Counted from the first letter of the stretch, positions 7,531 through 18,176 are shown. The stretch is DNA of 64,000 bases from Aulosira sp. ZfuVER01 (GCA_034530615.2 JAVRCV020000061.1:1-64000), one strand, 5' to 3'. Notes: generated from the letters alone by a model not told the origin. A program made the numbers and translations.

Positions 7531-9336
7531 ATGAGCATGATAGTTAATTCACTTGATTTACCCTTAACTATGTTTACTGCCTTGGCAAATCGTGCAGATT
7601 TATTGATGGCATTAACGGATAGATCTGGACGTATTCAATGGGTAAATGAAGCATTAGCTAAACGTGCAGGTATTACAGCTGAACTATTAATCGGCAAAAA
7701 ATTTTTTTCTGTACTGACTTCCAATGCTCAAATCCATATTCAACAAGCTTATATCCGCGAACAACTATTGAAAGGAGAAAGCTTTAAGTTTGAGCTTTCT
7801 TATTTATCACATCAGCAACAAGAGCATTGGTTATTAGTAGATGGACAGCCTATTCACAATACAGAAGGCATAACCAGTCAATATGCTGTCATGGCTAATG
7901 ATATTACTCTACGTAAGCGTACTGAAAAAGATTTAGAGCAAACTCGACAGCGGTTAAAGCGATTAGTAGAGAGTGTCAAGTTAGTGCCTTGGGAAGCAAA
8001 GGCCATTACTCACCAGTTTACCTATGTAGGGCCACAAGCAATAGATTTGTTTGATTATGATTTAGAAGATTGGTATCAACCAGAATTCTGGTATTCGCAC
8101 ATTCACCCTGAAGATTTGCCCCAGGTTCTTGATTACCATCAACTCACCTCACAAGCACAAGATGATTATATAGTCGAGTATCGGTTCTTGACTGCTGATG
8201 GCAGATGGGTTTGGGTAAAAGATATTGTAAATGTTGTACGTGTTCAAGGTGAAGTAACACAACTACTTGGTTTTATTATTGATATTAGCGAGCGCAAACA
8301 AACAGAACTCTCTTTACAAGAAGCTTTAAATAGATTAGAACAAGCAAAACAAGAATTAGAAACTAGGGTGCAGCAACGCACTATTGCCTTGAGTCAAGAA
8401 AAAGAAAAACTAGAGCAGACTTTAAAGCAATTGCAGCAAACCCAAAGCCAACTGATTCAAAGCGAAAAAATGTCTAGCCTAGGACAACTTGTGGCTGGTG
8501 TTGCCCATGAAATTAATAATCCAGTTAACTTCATCTATGGCAATATCACACCTGCTACTGAATATGTCGAAGATTTACTGTATTTATTGCAATGCTATCA
8601 GTATTATTACCCCAATCCCTCTTCTACACTACAAGAAGAAATTCAGGATATAGATCTCGACTTTATCATCGAAGATTTACCTAAACTATTATCTTCCATG
8701 AAGGTTGGTGCTAACCGCATTCGAGAAATTGTTTTATCTCTCCGTACTTTCTCGCGCTTAGATGAAGCTGAAGTCAAAGAGGTGAATATTCACGATGGCA
8801 TAGATAGTACTTTGATGATTCTACAAAACCGCCTCAAACCTAGAACTGGGAATTCCCAGATTCAAGTCATCAAAGAATACGGTCAGCTACCCCTAGTAGA
8901 ATGCTATGCAGGACAACTCAACCAAGTGTTTATGAACATTATTGTTAATGCCATAGACGCTTTAGAAGAGTACGATCAAAAGCGATCGCCACAAGAAATA
9001 TTAGAGCATCCCAGCCAAATCGCTATCTGCACTGAATTTAGACAGGGAGAAACAAGAATTGAGAGTGCAGAAGAACCCTACACCACCAACTCTGCATCTT
9101 CTATTGTGATTCGGATTATAGATAATGGCCCTGGTATTAACGAAGCAGTCTGTAATCGATTGTTTGACCCTTTCTTTACTACCAAAAGTATTGGTAAAGG
9201 AACAGGTTTAGGCTTGTCTATTAGTTACCAAATTGTTGTTGACAGACATCAAGGGCAACTAGAATGTTACTCTACTCCTGGTCATACAGAATTTGCAATT
9301 ATGATTCCGCAACAGCAGATAAAAACGAAAGTTTAG
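7531..9336 (+). CDS. Cytoplasmic PAS-PAS sensor histidine kinase
   Basis: Two PAS/PAC domains (HPED, DITLRK, DISERK); H-box VAHEINNP; N box QVFMNIIVNAIDA; DNGPG; FFTTK; GTGLGL; RBS caggag before ATG 7531. Confidence 0.9.
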   Translation: MSMIVNSLDLPLTMFTALANRADLLMALTDRSGRIQWVNEALAKRAGITAELLIGKKFFSVLTSNAQIHIQQAYIREQLLKGESFKFELSYLSHQQQEHWLLVDGQPIHNTEGITSQYAVMANDITLRKRTEKDLEQTRQRLKRLVESVKLVPWEAKAITHQFTYVGPQAIDLFDYDLEDWYQPEFWYSHIHPEDLPQVLDYHQLTSQAQDDYIVEYRFLTADGRWVWVKDIVNVVRVQGEVTQLLGFIIDISERKQTELSLQEALNRLEQAKQELETRVQQRTIALSQEKEKLEQTLKQLQQTQSQLIQSEKMSSLGQLVAGVAHEINNPVNFIYGNITPATEYVEDLLYLLQCYQYYYPNPSSTLQEEIQDIDLDFIIEDLPKLLSSMKVGANRIREIVLSLRTFSRLDEAEVKEVNIHDGIDSTLMILQNRLKPRTGNSQIQVIKEYGQLPLVECYAGQLNQVFMNIIVNAIDALEEYDQKRSPQEILEHPSQIAICTEFRQGETRIESAEEPYTTNSASSIVIRIIDNGPGINEAVCNRLFDPFFTTKSIGKGTGLGLSISYQIVVDRHQGQLECYSTPGHTEFAIMIPQQQIKTKV

Positions 9337-9341
9337 CAAGT

Positions 9342-12014
9342 TTATTCCACTACCTCATTCACAGGGAATCTATCAATTAACTGCATAGCGCGGTAAGCAT
9401 TGCGTTGCAGTGAATCCGGCAAGTTAGGAACGTGGGGGATTTGCGATAATAAATCCAACGTCCGGCGTAATATTCGCACCACATCACCTTCATCTAAAGT
9501 GGTATTTTCACATAGTTCTGTCCACTCAACACCCAGCGCCCATTGTTCCACGAGAGCAATTAACTCAAATTCTAGCCAAATAGGCAGCGCTACATTATAC
9601 CGCCGTTGCATCTGGAACATCTGGCGGCGAATTCCCCGCAACTTTGCCAAAGCATCTACAACTTGATTGCTCAAATCGAAACGTACCTTACTATCTGGGC
9701 GAGGGGTTTCTGTCACCAAAGCTGCAACTGCGGCTGCTAAATGGTGCGGATCTAGATTATTTAATTCACCACTGGCGAATACCAAACCCAGCCACAATTC
9801 ATTTTCTCCCCGAATGGCTGCGGCAACTTGGCCTAATGCTGTTGGTACTAAGTTATCTAAACAGCCGAAATGCTGCAAAATTTCAATTAAATTGAGAAAC
9901 TCTTCCCAATGATGTTGGGATTGTTGCTCTACCTGTTCTTGCAACAGTTGAAGTTCGGCTTCTAGTTCAACGTAACGTGCCTTACGTTTAAAAATAGATG
10001 CAGCATTGCCTGATTTATACACAGGATGAGCTTCTAATTGCTCTTGTACAGCAGTCATCCGGCTAAGTTGTTCTGCTACTTCCGGAGACATATATAGAGG
10101 CTCCCCTGATTCGGGAATCTGTTGAGCAATGGTTGCGGTTTGTTCATCACCACGACGGATCTGTCCTGGTTTAAAAAGTAGATCGGGTGGTGGTATTATT
10201 TCAGGCGGTACATCAATACGTGGCAGTTCCGCATACAAATCGACGATATCTTCAGTTGTGGCTACATACCAGCGGTTATCTCGTCCCAAGCATACCAAGT
10301 AAGGTGATTGCTCAGAACCAGGACTTTTGCCGACTAACACTGCTGCTATTGGTGAAGGGACTGTGATATTTTTACCTTTGAGACTCAAAAGTGTCCCTGA
10401 GACAGCAAAGCCCAACAACATCCCTAATTGCTCTTTGCGGTCTTCCTGTGCTTGATGTTGCAGAGTTTTCAATAATTGGCGTTCTACCTTCAGCCGTTGT
10501 CGCAATTTTTCATAAACAGCTAGTTCATTTTCATCAACTGCGTCAATTTGCTCCTGAAGTTGCTCTAATTGGGCTTGCAGTTCGGCAATTTCTTCGTAAT
10601 TTGGCCTTAAATGCAAGGTTGCCATGTACTGCCCAAAGCTGCGTTCGATTAATTCTCTAGTTTCCTCTAAGGTGTGTGTTTGCAGTAGGTTCAGTACCAT
10701 CCCGTAACTGGGAGTAAACTGGCTTACTAAGGGGTCAGGCTTGGATGTGGCTAAATATGCTGCTTCTTTAGACCCTTCAAAAGGAGTTTGTACTGTCACC
10801 ACATGACCTTGTAAATCCATGCCTCGACGGCCAGCCCGTCCTGCCATTTGCAGAAATTCCGAAGCGTTCAGCAGGCGGTGTCCGGTGTCGGTGCGCTTGG
10901 AAAGGGTGGAAATTACAGTGGTGCGGGCAGGCATATTAATTCCTGCGGCTAAAGTTTCAGTTGCAAAGACTACCTTAATTAGCCCCTGTTGAAATAGTTC
11001 TTCGACTAAGACTTTCCACGCAGGTAAAATTCCAGCATGGTGGGCAGCAATTCCTCGGTATAGGGGGGCAATTTGTCCAGAACGTCCAGCTTCGGGATTG
11101 CGGGTTAAAAAGTCATCAATTTGGCGGCGCAATACCTGGGATTCATCATTATTGACCAGCCATAAATCGCCTACCTCTGCTACCGCTTTATCACATCCTC
11201 GGCGGCTAAAGATAAAATAAATCGCGGGTAGCATATCCCGTTGCTGTAGCTGGCTCAAGGTATAAATTATGCCAGGAGCTTCTGGCCTACCACCTTTACC
11301 TTTATCTCCTTGTCTCCTTTTCCCTCTGTTAGCTAGGCGGGGATTAATTTTGTTTTTACTGTCATTGAGTAGGGGAAACAGCCCTTTAGGATTGCAAAAA
11401 TGAAATTCTAAAGGTACAGGGCGAAAATCGGAGTAAATCAGGTCAGTTGGCCCGTGAACGCGATTTAGCCAATCGGTAAGTTGATCGCTATTCGCAACTG
11501 TGGCGGAAAGGGCTACTAATTGAACTTCACGCGGGCAATAGATGATTGATTCTTCCCAAACGGTTCCCCGTTGGCGATCGTTCATGTAGTGGCATTCGTC
11601 TAGTACCACAGCTTCTACATCTACCAAAGAAATGCCGATTTGCCCTATGGGTGTGCCATAGAGCATATTGCGGAAAATTTCTGTGGTCATGACGATAATC
11701 GGCGCATCCCTGTTAATCGAGGCATCTCCAGTTAACAGTCCGACGAGATCGAAGCCGAATTTCTCGCGAAAGTCGCGTAATTTTTGATTCGACAGTGCCT
11801 TCAACGGAGTGGTGTAGAACACACGTTTTCCTCGCGCTAGGGCACGATAAATTGCGTATTCGCCTACTAATGTTTTGCCCGAACCTGTGGGCGCACATAC
11901 GACTACAGATCGCCCAGCATTGAGGGAGGCGATCGCGTCTTCTTGAAATTGATCCAGATTGAACGGGAATATTGACCCGAGGTCAAGTTCTGGGGATGGT
12001 GCGGGATAATTCAC
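9342..12014 (-). CDS. Ski2/HelY-like DEAD/DEAH-box RNA helicase
   Basis: APTGSGKT, PLKALSNQK, DECH, SAT, QMAGRAGRRG, C-terminal DEGDVVR. Confidence 0.92.
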   Translation of the reverse strand: MNYPAPSPELDLGSIFPFNLDQFQEDAIASLNAGRSVVVCAPTGSGKTLVGEYAIYRALARGKRVFYTTPLKALSNQKLRDFREKFGFDLVGLLTGDASINRDAPIIVMTTEIFRNMLYGTPIGQIGISLVDVEAVVLDECHYMNDRQRGTVWEESIIYCPREVQLVALSATVANSDQLTDWLNRVHGPTDLIYSDFRPVPLEFHFCNPKGLFPLLNDSKNKINPRLANRGKRRQGDKGKGGRPEAPGIIYTLSQLQQRDMLPAIYFIFSRRGCDKAVAEVGDLWLVNNDESQVLRRQIDDFLTRNPEAGRSGQIAPLYRGIAAHHAGILPAWKVLVEELFQQGLIKVVFATETLAAGINMPARTTVISTLSKRTDTGHRLLNASEFLQMAGRAGRRGMDLQGHVVTVQTPFEGSKEAAYLATSKPDPLVSQFTPSYGMVLNLLQTHTLEETRELIERSFGQYMATLHLRPNYEEIAELQAQLEQLQEQIDAVDENELAVYEKLRQRLKVERQLLKTLQHQAQEDRKEQLGMLLGFAVSGTLLSLKGKNITVPSPIAAVLVGKSPGSEQSPYLVCLGRDNRWYVATTEDIVDLYAELPRIDVPPEIIPPPDLLFKPGQIRRGDEQTATIAQQIPESGEPLYMSPEVAEQLSRMTAVQEQLEAHPVYKSGNAASIFKRKARYVELEAELQLLQEQVEQQSQHHWEEFLNLIEILQHFGCLDNLVPTALGQVAAAIRGENELWLGLVFASGELNNLDPHHLAAAVAALVTETPRPDSKVRFDLSNQVVDALAKLRGIRRQMFQMQRRYNVALPIWLEFELIALVEQWALGVEWTELCENTTLDEGDVVRILRRTLDLLSQIPHVPNLPDSLQRNAYRAMQLIDRFPVNEVVE

Positions 12015-12120
12015 TCAATCACATTTGCGACCAGACTGTTTACTATATTAACGGCTATCTTGTCAACTTCATCATTAGTCATTGGGCATTGGGCATTGGT
12101 TTTTTACAAATGACAAATGA

Positions 12121-12942
12121 CTATTTGCCGAGTTCTTGCGATCGCTCTGTAGCTGCTTTGACTGCTTGAATTAAAGCGGAGCGAAAAGCTGCTTTTTCTA
12201 GCTGGGCAATACCAGCTATTGTTGTGCCTCCGGGACTGGTGACGCGGTCTTTAAGTTCTGCTGGGTGCATTTTGCTCTCATGTAATAGTGTGGCTGTTCC
12301 TAGTACAGTTTGCAGGGCTAGTTGGTTAGCAACTGCTCTGGGTAAACCTGCGGCTACTCCCCCATCAGCGAGTGCTTCTACCATCAGCGCTACATAAGCA
12401 GGCCCACTCCCGGATAATCCGGTCACTGCGTCCATTAGGTATTCTGGTACTTCTACGACTTCCCCAACTGCGGAAAAAACTTGCTGTGCTATTTGGTGGT
12501 GTTTGGTATGAGTGTAAGCACCTAAGCAAATTGCCGTAATTCCTGCTCCTACTGTGGCGGGTGTATTGGGCATGGCTCTAATTACTGGTAACTGCGGAAA
12601 CGCTGCTTCTAGCTGACTTAAAGTCACACCTGCCAAAATAGAGATTACTAGGGGTGAGTGTACTTGAACTGTAAGCTCAACGATCTCTGCCAATTCTTGA
12701 GCGATCGCACTAAATACCTGGGGTTTTACTGCTAACAATACAACTTCCTTACTTTCCGCCAAAATCAGGCGGTTATCGGTAGTTACACTCACGTTGTATT
12801 GCTGCTTTAAAAAATCTTGCCGCGAGGATTGTGGCTCGCTGACTATGACTTCTGATGGTTGATAGATTCCACGCGCAATAAGGCGGGATAACAGCGCTTC
12901 TCCCATTACCCCACCACCGATTAAGCCAAATTTAGTAGTCAT
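12121..12942 (-). CDS. proC: Pyrroline-5-carboxylate reductase
   Basis: GGGVMG, AVKPQ, RAMPNTP, SGSGPAY, VTSPGGTT. Confidence 0.97.
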   Translation of the reverse strand: MTTKFGLIGGGVMGEALLSRLIARGIYQPSEVIVSEPQSSRQDFLKQQYNVSVTTDNRLILAESKEVVLLAVKPQVFSAIAQELAEIVELTVQVHSPLVISILAGVTLSQLEAAFPQLPVIRAMPNTPATVGAGITAICLGAYTHTKHHQIAQQVFSAVGEVVEVPEYLMDAVTGLSGSGPAYVALMVEALADGGVAAGLPRAVANQLALQTVLGTATLLHESKMHPAELKDRVTSPGGTTIAGIAQLEKAAFRSALIQAVKAATERSQELGK

Positions 12943-12982
12943 TAATTAGCAATTAGTCAATGGTCAAGAGTCAATGGTCAAA

Positions 12983-13085
12983 GGGAGCCACTGCAGTGAG
13001 ACACTCAGTTGCGGGGGTTCCCCCCGTTGAAGGAAGTGTCGAACCCGTAAGGGTTTTGGGTATCCCCAAGTAGAGCAAGTGGTGT
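12983..13085. mobile_element. Nested small dispersed repeat elements within an STRR tract
   Basis: Outer gccactgc...ttgggtatccccaa...gcaagtgg palindrome interrupted by an inner gacact...gggggttccccc...agtgtc hairpin; flanked by gtcaa(t/g) heptamers. Confidence 0.55.
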
Positions 13086-13165
13086 TCAAGAGTCAAATGT
13101 CAAAATTAATAAATTTGGACTGTTGACTGTGGACTTTGGACTATTGACTAATGACTAATTTAACT

Positions 13166-13759
13166 TTATTGTGCTGCCGTCCGGTTAACTTCGGTGCCCC
13201 ATGTTGGAGTTGCACCTGGGGTGCGTGCGGGACGTGCTGGTGGTTGTGGTACTTCATGAATAACTCCGCCGTGGGTGCTAACTTGCACACAGCTTGGTGT
13301 AAACAAAAAGATACTTTCTCCAATGCGCTCTTGATGTCCATCTAATGCGTAAGTACCACCTGCTACAAAATCTACTGCCCGTTGAGCTTGATCCGGATCC
13401 ATAATAGTTAAATTTAATACTACAGACTTGCGCTCACGCAAAGCTTGAATTGCCTGAGGCATTTCTTCAAAGGTGCGTGGTTCAAGTACTAATACTTCCG
13501 AAATTCCGTTAATTGCTCCTGGCATACCTATCACATTCCCCATTGACTTTGAACCTGTTGCTACGTCATTCCCCATTGTAGGCATGGGTTCCCGCCAACG
13601 TCGATTCTGGGTAGCAGGTTCTGGTGGCGCTGGTTGGATGTTCTCTTCCTGATAGAGATTTTGGTAGCTCTCGGCTTCTGGTTCTTCTTCGTAGTACTCG
13701 TATTCTACCTGCTCATTCAGTCCTACAAAGTCTCTCAGTTTAGAAAATATATTGTTCAT
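13166..13759 (-). CDS. sepF: Cell division protein SepF
   Basis: [34 protein letters not shown]; located between pipY and proC. Confidence 0.95.
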   Translation of the reverse strand: MNNIFSKLRDFVGLNEQVEYEYYEEEPEAESYQNLYQEENIQPAPPEPATQNRRWREPMPTMGNDVATGSKSMGNVIGMPGAINGISEVLVLEPRTFEEMPQAIQALRERKSVVLNLTIMDPDQAQRAVDFVAGGTYALDGHQERIGESIFLFTPSCVQVSTHGGVIHEVPQPPARPARTPGATPTWGTEVNRTAAQ

Positions 13760-14152
13760 TTTGTTCGCTCCTGGTGCAAATTACTTCTATGTTTACCTGG
13801 CGATAAATCAGTGTAGCCGACTTTTCTCGCTACACAAGGGGTTATTCAGCAATTTTATTACTAGCTGTAGCTTCTATTACTGGTTTAAGTGAAGAACAGA
13901 CGCTTTTAAAGCTATCTGAACATTACTTAGCAGCGATAATGAGTCAAGATTATATACTAATGTTTCTCCGAATGAAAGTTTTGTAACACCATTTTTATTA
14001 AGTATTGCATTTGAGAAAATCATATTTTTTGTTACTTATCGCAATAATTACTTTGAGAATTCTTCTCAAAAACACGTGAAAGCTTATGATACCAAGCTTA
14101 CAAATGGGTATAGGGCATCAGCAAGAAAACTGATGCCCAATTAAAGCTATAC

Positions 14153-14183
14153 AAAAAATCCCCCAGATGAAGCACTGGGGGAT
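14153..14183 (-). terminator. Intrinsic terminator downstream of pipXY
   Basis: atcccccag/ctgggggat stem with an A6 run on + (U-tract on -). Confidence 0.65.
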
Positions 14184-14210
14184 GAACTTACAAAAGTATT
14201 GACCAATTGT

Positions 14211-14879
14211 TTAAGGGCGATCCCCGAACAAGATGGTTCCCAACCTGACCATAGTTGTACCTGCTTGTACTGCTAGTTTGTAGTCACTTGACATCCCCAT
14301 CGATAAGCGATCCATTTTGATATGTGACCAGTTTTGATCCCTAATGGTTTTTGCTAGGTTAGCAGTAGCATTAAATACATCTAAAATTTGCGCCTCATTT
14401 AATCCTAAAGGCGGAATTGTCATCAAACCCTGAATTTGTAAATTTTTATATTGATTGATTACAGGTAAATTAGCTAAAAGTTCGGGTACGCTCCACCCTG
14501 ACTTGTTGGGATCGGGGAGAATCTTGACTTGCAGGCAAATGTGGGGACTCACTCCTAGTTGTGACGCTAAGTTATCTAAGCGCTGTGCCAACTGTAAATT
14601 GTCTACGGAGTGAATCCATTGAAATTGTTCTAAGGCTTTTTTGGCTTTATTGCTTTGTAAATGTCCAATAAAGTGCCAGGTAATATCTGATAAGTCTTGT
14701 AACTCAGTTTGTTTAGTGACAGCTTCTTGAATCCGGCTTTCGCCAAAATCACGTATTCCTGCGGCATACGCAGAGCGGATGATTTCCGCAGGAACCGTTT
14801 TGCTAACTGCAATCAGGCGAACTGAAGAAGGCAGAGAGGAGCGAATTTTATCAATACGTTCGTTAATCGAACTACTCAT
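14211..14879 (-). CDS. pipY: YggS-family PLP-binding protein (PipY)
   Basis: AVSKT, WHFIGHLQSNK, GLMTI, LSMGMSSDY, VRLGT; 4-nt overlap with pipX. Confidence 0.95.
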   Translation of the reverse strand: MSSSINERIDKIRSSLPSSVRLIAVSKTVPAEIIRSAYAAGIRDFGESRIQEAVTKQTELQDLSDITWHFIGHLQSNKAKKALEQFQWIHSVDNLQLAQRLDNLASQLGVSPHICLQVKILPDPNKSGWSVPELLANLPVINQYKNLQIQGLMTIPPLGLNEAQILDVFNATANLAKTIRDQNWSHIKMDRLSMGMSSDYKLAVQAGTTMVRLGTILFGDRP

Positions 14880-15154
14880 TGGAAGGTGCGTTGGAAAACA
14901 CTCTGAAGCTGATCGTACTCCTGTGACTGCCCTGTGCGACGCATAGTACGCAAGCGATTTTCCAACATCATTCTTGCTTCAGTACGACCTATAGGTTGAA
15001 ATTTTATACCTTTGATATCATTTGTTACCAAAAAAAATAAGCGTTGGGCATAAAGTGTAGTGAAAAGATCCTGGGTCTCGTCAACCATACAGATCCTGTA
15101 AAGTAAACCCCAAGTTGGATGATTAATGTAAGTTTCTGCGTTTTCTGGATTCAT
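14876..15154 (-). CDS. pipX: PII-interacting protein X
   Basis: ETYINHPTWGLLY, FTTLYAQRLFFLV; 92 aa; adjacent to pipY. Confidence 0.95.
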   Translation of the reverse strand: MNPENAETYINHPTWGLLYRICMVDETQDLFTTLYAQRLFFLVTNDIKGIKFQPIGRTEARMMLENRLRTMRRTGQSQEYDQLQSVFQRTFQ

Positions 15155-15548
15155 TTAATAGTCAAGGTAAGCGTCTGTTATATATCTTTTCGCAGTTTTA
15201 GTACCAACATTCTGACGATGATAACTCTCTTTCGTCAGAATATTTGTGCAAATTTATGCGAAATTCAATAAGTTTTGCTGTGTAACGGCAGTTGTGAAGT
15301 CCTTGATCTAGTTACTCATAGAGAGATGATGCGACTAGTAGCGATTTGGTCTTAAGAACTTTCACTCAGGTACTATGCACGAAAGGCTCAGAAAAGTCTC
15401 TGCCATCTATCTGCCGTTGAGAACGTCCAGGAGATGCGCCATCTGGAGTTGCTCAAGGTAAAAGTCAGCCCTTAGACTTTTGTTAGCATAAACCTCTTTC
15501 TATGCTGCCATAGTTTTCGCCTATCGGCACACAATGATCAAAAGTACT

Positions 15549-17042
15549 CTATTCATAATTCAACATTTTGAGTGCTATGAGTTGTGCTTGAGCCTTGTGC
15601 AGAGATTCATACCATTCTCTCTCAGGATCGCTGTCAGCGACAATACCTGCGCCAACTTGTCCCCATACGGTTCGGAGTGCTGAGTGAGAAGCAAAATTTC
15701 TCTCTCTCCCTTGCTCATCTTCAATGGGAGCGAGTAACAAGGTACGAATTAAGATATTTAAATCAAGGTTCCCTCGCAAATCTAAATAGCCACAGGAACC
15801 ATAGAATAAACTGCGTCGCACAGGTTCTAGTTCTTCAATAATTTCCATGCAGCGAACTTTGGGACACCCTGTAATTGTGCCACCAGGGAAGAGGGCGCGA
15901 ATCAAATCAATGGCAGTGCGATCGCATCTTAAACGACCTTTAACGTTGCTGACAAGGTGCATCACGTGGCTATAGCGCTCAATTGTCAACAATTCATCAA
16001 CACGAACCGTACCCCATTCACATACTCGCCCTAGATCGTTGCGTTCTAGATCTACCAGCATGATGTGTTCGGCGCGTTCTTTGCTATTGCTGAGTAAATC
16101 TTGTGCTAGCTGAATGTCTTGCTCTGGGGCGATCCCACGCGATCGCGTTCCGGCGATTGGTCGAGTTTCGGCTTCACCATTTTGCAACAGTACCAACCTT
16201 TCAGGGGAACAACTCATGACTTCTCCCCAAGGTGTTTGCCAATAGCTAGCAAAAGGTGAAGGATTGATGCGTTGCAATGCTTGGTAAATTGACCATCCAG
16301 AAGCAGCAACAGCGGCTTCAAAGCGCAATGAAAGATTCGCCTGAAAAATGTCTCCCGCTTGAATATATTTTTTCGCCTGATTGACAGCTGTTTCATAATC
16401 AGCTTGGGATGTACAGAAATGAGGAGTGTTAGCCAAAGCAGGAGATGGAGACGAATTTATAATTTCCTGTTGTCCTTGTTCTAACTTTTTCTGTAACTCA
16501 TCAAGTCCTTTAGCATCGCTAGCAGCTAGCCAAAGAGTCTGTTCAGCGTGATCTAAAATGGCAAAACAATCTGGTTCATACCAAAAAGCTACAGGAAACG
16601 GTAAGCGATCGCATTTATTTTGTGGTAATTGTTCAATTTCCCAGGCTACGTCATAACCCAACCACCCCAACCAACCGCCAGTGAAAGGAAGGTGAGAAGC
16701 AGAGGACGGGGAGAGGGAGTGACGCGCAGACGCGGAGAGATAGTTGTCCCCGTGTCTCCGCGTCTCCGTGTCCCCTTGTCCCCTTATTAGCAACTCTTCC
16801 AAAAACGGAAAAACCTTTCCCAACACTGGTGTCCACATCTGAGAAACACCATCAACTATGCGGGGAGCGCCAGCACATATAGAATAGCGATGGAGTTGAG
16901 GATGATCTGTTGGCGTTGGGTAGGTGCTTTCTAGTAAAGTAGCGATTCCAGACGCAGTAGTGGGGCGAAATAGCGCAGCGAAAACTTCAGAACCAGTACG
17001 GTGTTCTAAAGGGAGCGATCGCCAGTACCAACCTTGGGTCAT
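15549..17042 (-). CDS. Anthranilate synthase component I family protein, probably aminodeoxychorismate synthase PabB
   Basis: GDIFQANLS, SPERL, PIAGTR, KERAEHIMLVDLERNDLG, PGGTITGCPK, GAGIVADS. Confidence 0.88.
   Translation of the reverse strand: MTQGWYWRSLPLEHRTGSEVFAALFRPTTASGIATLLESTYPTPTDHPQLHRYSICAGAPRIVDGVSQMWTPVLGKVFPFLEELLIRGQGDTETRRHGDNYLSASARHSLSPSSASHLPFTGGWLGWLGYDVAWEIEQLPQNKCDRLPFPVAFWYEPDCFAILDHAEQTLWLAASDAKGLDELQKKLEQGQQEIINSSPSPALANTPHFCTSQADYETAVNQAKKYIQAGDIFQANLSLRFEAAVAASGWSIYQALQRINPSPFASYWQTPWGEVMSCSPERLVLLQNGEAETRPIAGTRSRGIAPEQDIQLAQDLLSNSKERAEHIMLVDLERNDLGRVCEWGTVRVDELLTIERYSHVMHLVSNVKGRLRCDRTAIDLIRALFPGGTITGCPKVRCMEIIEELEPVRRSLFYGSCGYLDLRGNLDLNILIRTLLLAPIEDEQGRERNFASHSALRTVWGQVGAGIVADSDPEREWYESLHKAQAQLIALKMLNYE
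16694..16784. repeat. In-frame palindromic short-repeat insertion within the PabB-like CDS
   Basis: gacgcggaga-type units facing tctccgcgtc/tccccgtgtc units; encodes RGQGDTETRRHGDNYLSASARHSLSPSSAS. Confidence 0.65.
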
Positions 17043-17072
17043 AATTCATTCAAAATCTTCATTCCAAAATCT

Positions 17073-17999
17073 TCACACATCAGTACCAATCGCCAGCCGC
17101 ACACCCCAAAAGATAGTTAATGTAGCAATCGCCAGCCAGTCCCATCTTTTTAAGCGTAAGTCATGCCAAGGTACGCGATGCTCATTTGGGCTGGTAAAAC
17201 CGCGCACCATCATTGCACTTGCCATTTGTTCTGCCCGTAGTAACAGATTTTCTAACAATCGCTCTGCTACAGTCATCCAAACTTTGACTGCTCCTTTGAG
17301 TCCCAGTTTTTTCCAATTAATTGCCCTAGTCATCACGGATCGAATTAAATTCTGTACTTCTTCTAAAACTAAGGGTATAAACCGCAAGGATAAAGTTAAA
17401 GTCAGAGCAATTTCGGTTACAGGTAACTTGAGCCGCCGCAGGGGTTGCATTAAGCTTTCCATCCCGGCGGTGATTTCTTCTGGTGCTGTTGTTAGCAGAT
17501 ACAGATTAGTACTGTAAATTACAGTAAATAAAATCGTACTCAGGCGCACTGCCAAATCTAAAGAACGGCGACTGACTTTGACCGGCCCTTTGTGAAATAG
17601 TACGTAACTATATTCTTTATTGCTAAATGCTGCTTGTTCATCAACTTTGGCAGTATCCTTAGTTGCTTCGGGACTCAAAACCTGTTCGTTGGCTGGTAAA
17701 CGTGGCTGGTAATTGATCCCCAATCCATCTGGACTGATAGCTGCAATTGCAAAGACAAAAAAGGCCAAGAGTAACAACAAGCCCATTTGCTGTTGCCATA
17801 CTCTTTTGGGAATTCTGGCAATTATCGTCACTATAATTAATAGCGTTACTAAGAGTAAGCGCCATTCATTCCTAGCAAAAGTGTAACTAGTGAGAAAGCT
17901 CATCAACCAGGCAAACTTGACTCTGGGATCAATTTTATGCAGCCAAGTTTGAGGTTCTTCTAGGTAAAGTCCTAGTGGTAGCGATCGCAATAAATCCAT
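17073..17999 (-). CDS. ECF transporter transmembrane component T (CbiQ family)
   Basis: LHKIDPRVK, LSLRFIPLVLEE, MMVRGF; multiple hydrophobic segments. Confidence 0.88.
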   Translation of the reverse strand: MDLLRSLPLGLYLEEPQTWLHKIDPRVKFAWLMSFLTSYTFARNEWRLLLVTLLIIVTIIARIPKRVWQQQMGLLLLLAFFVFAIAAISPDGLGINYQPRLPANEQVLSPEATKDTAKVDEQAAFSNKEYSYVLFHKGPVKVSRRSLDLAVRLSTILFTVIYSTNLYLLTTAPEEITAGMESLMQPLRRLKLPVTEIALTLTLSLRFIPLVLEEVQNLIRSVMTRAINWKKLGLKGAVKVWMTVAERLLENLLLRAEQMASAMMVRGFTSPNEHRVPWHDLRLKRWDWLAIATLTIFWGVRLAIGTDV

Positions 18000-18176
18000 T
18001 TCTAAGTGCTGAGTTTTGAGGTTCGAGTGCTGAGTAGTGGGAAGTTAGGGCTTTGTAAATCCCAAAATCAAGATTTTCTTCTAGATACTGATTCTTGTCT
18101 ATTGTGCCTTGCCATGAAAGACTTAGCACACTCTACTTCTGCTTACTCAAGACTCAGCACTCATAACTCAGAACTA

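Noticed and set aside
15209..15241. Hairpin upstream of pipX as a riboswitch or sRNA
   Set aside because: A single 10-bp stem without a recognisable family motif or U-tract; insufficient evidence.
16924..17517. 197-aa ORF on +
   Set aside because: Antisense shadow of ecfT and the pabB-like gene, with no recognisable motifs.
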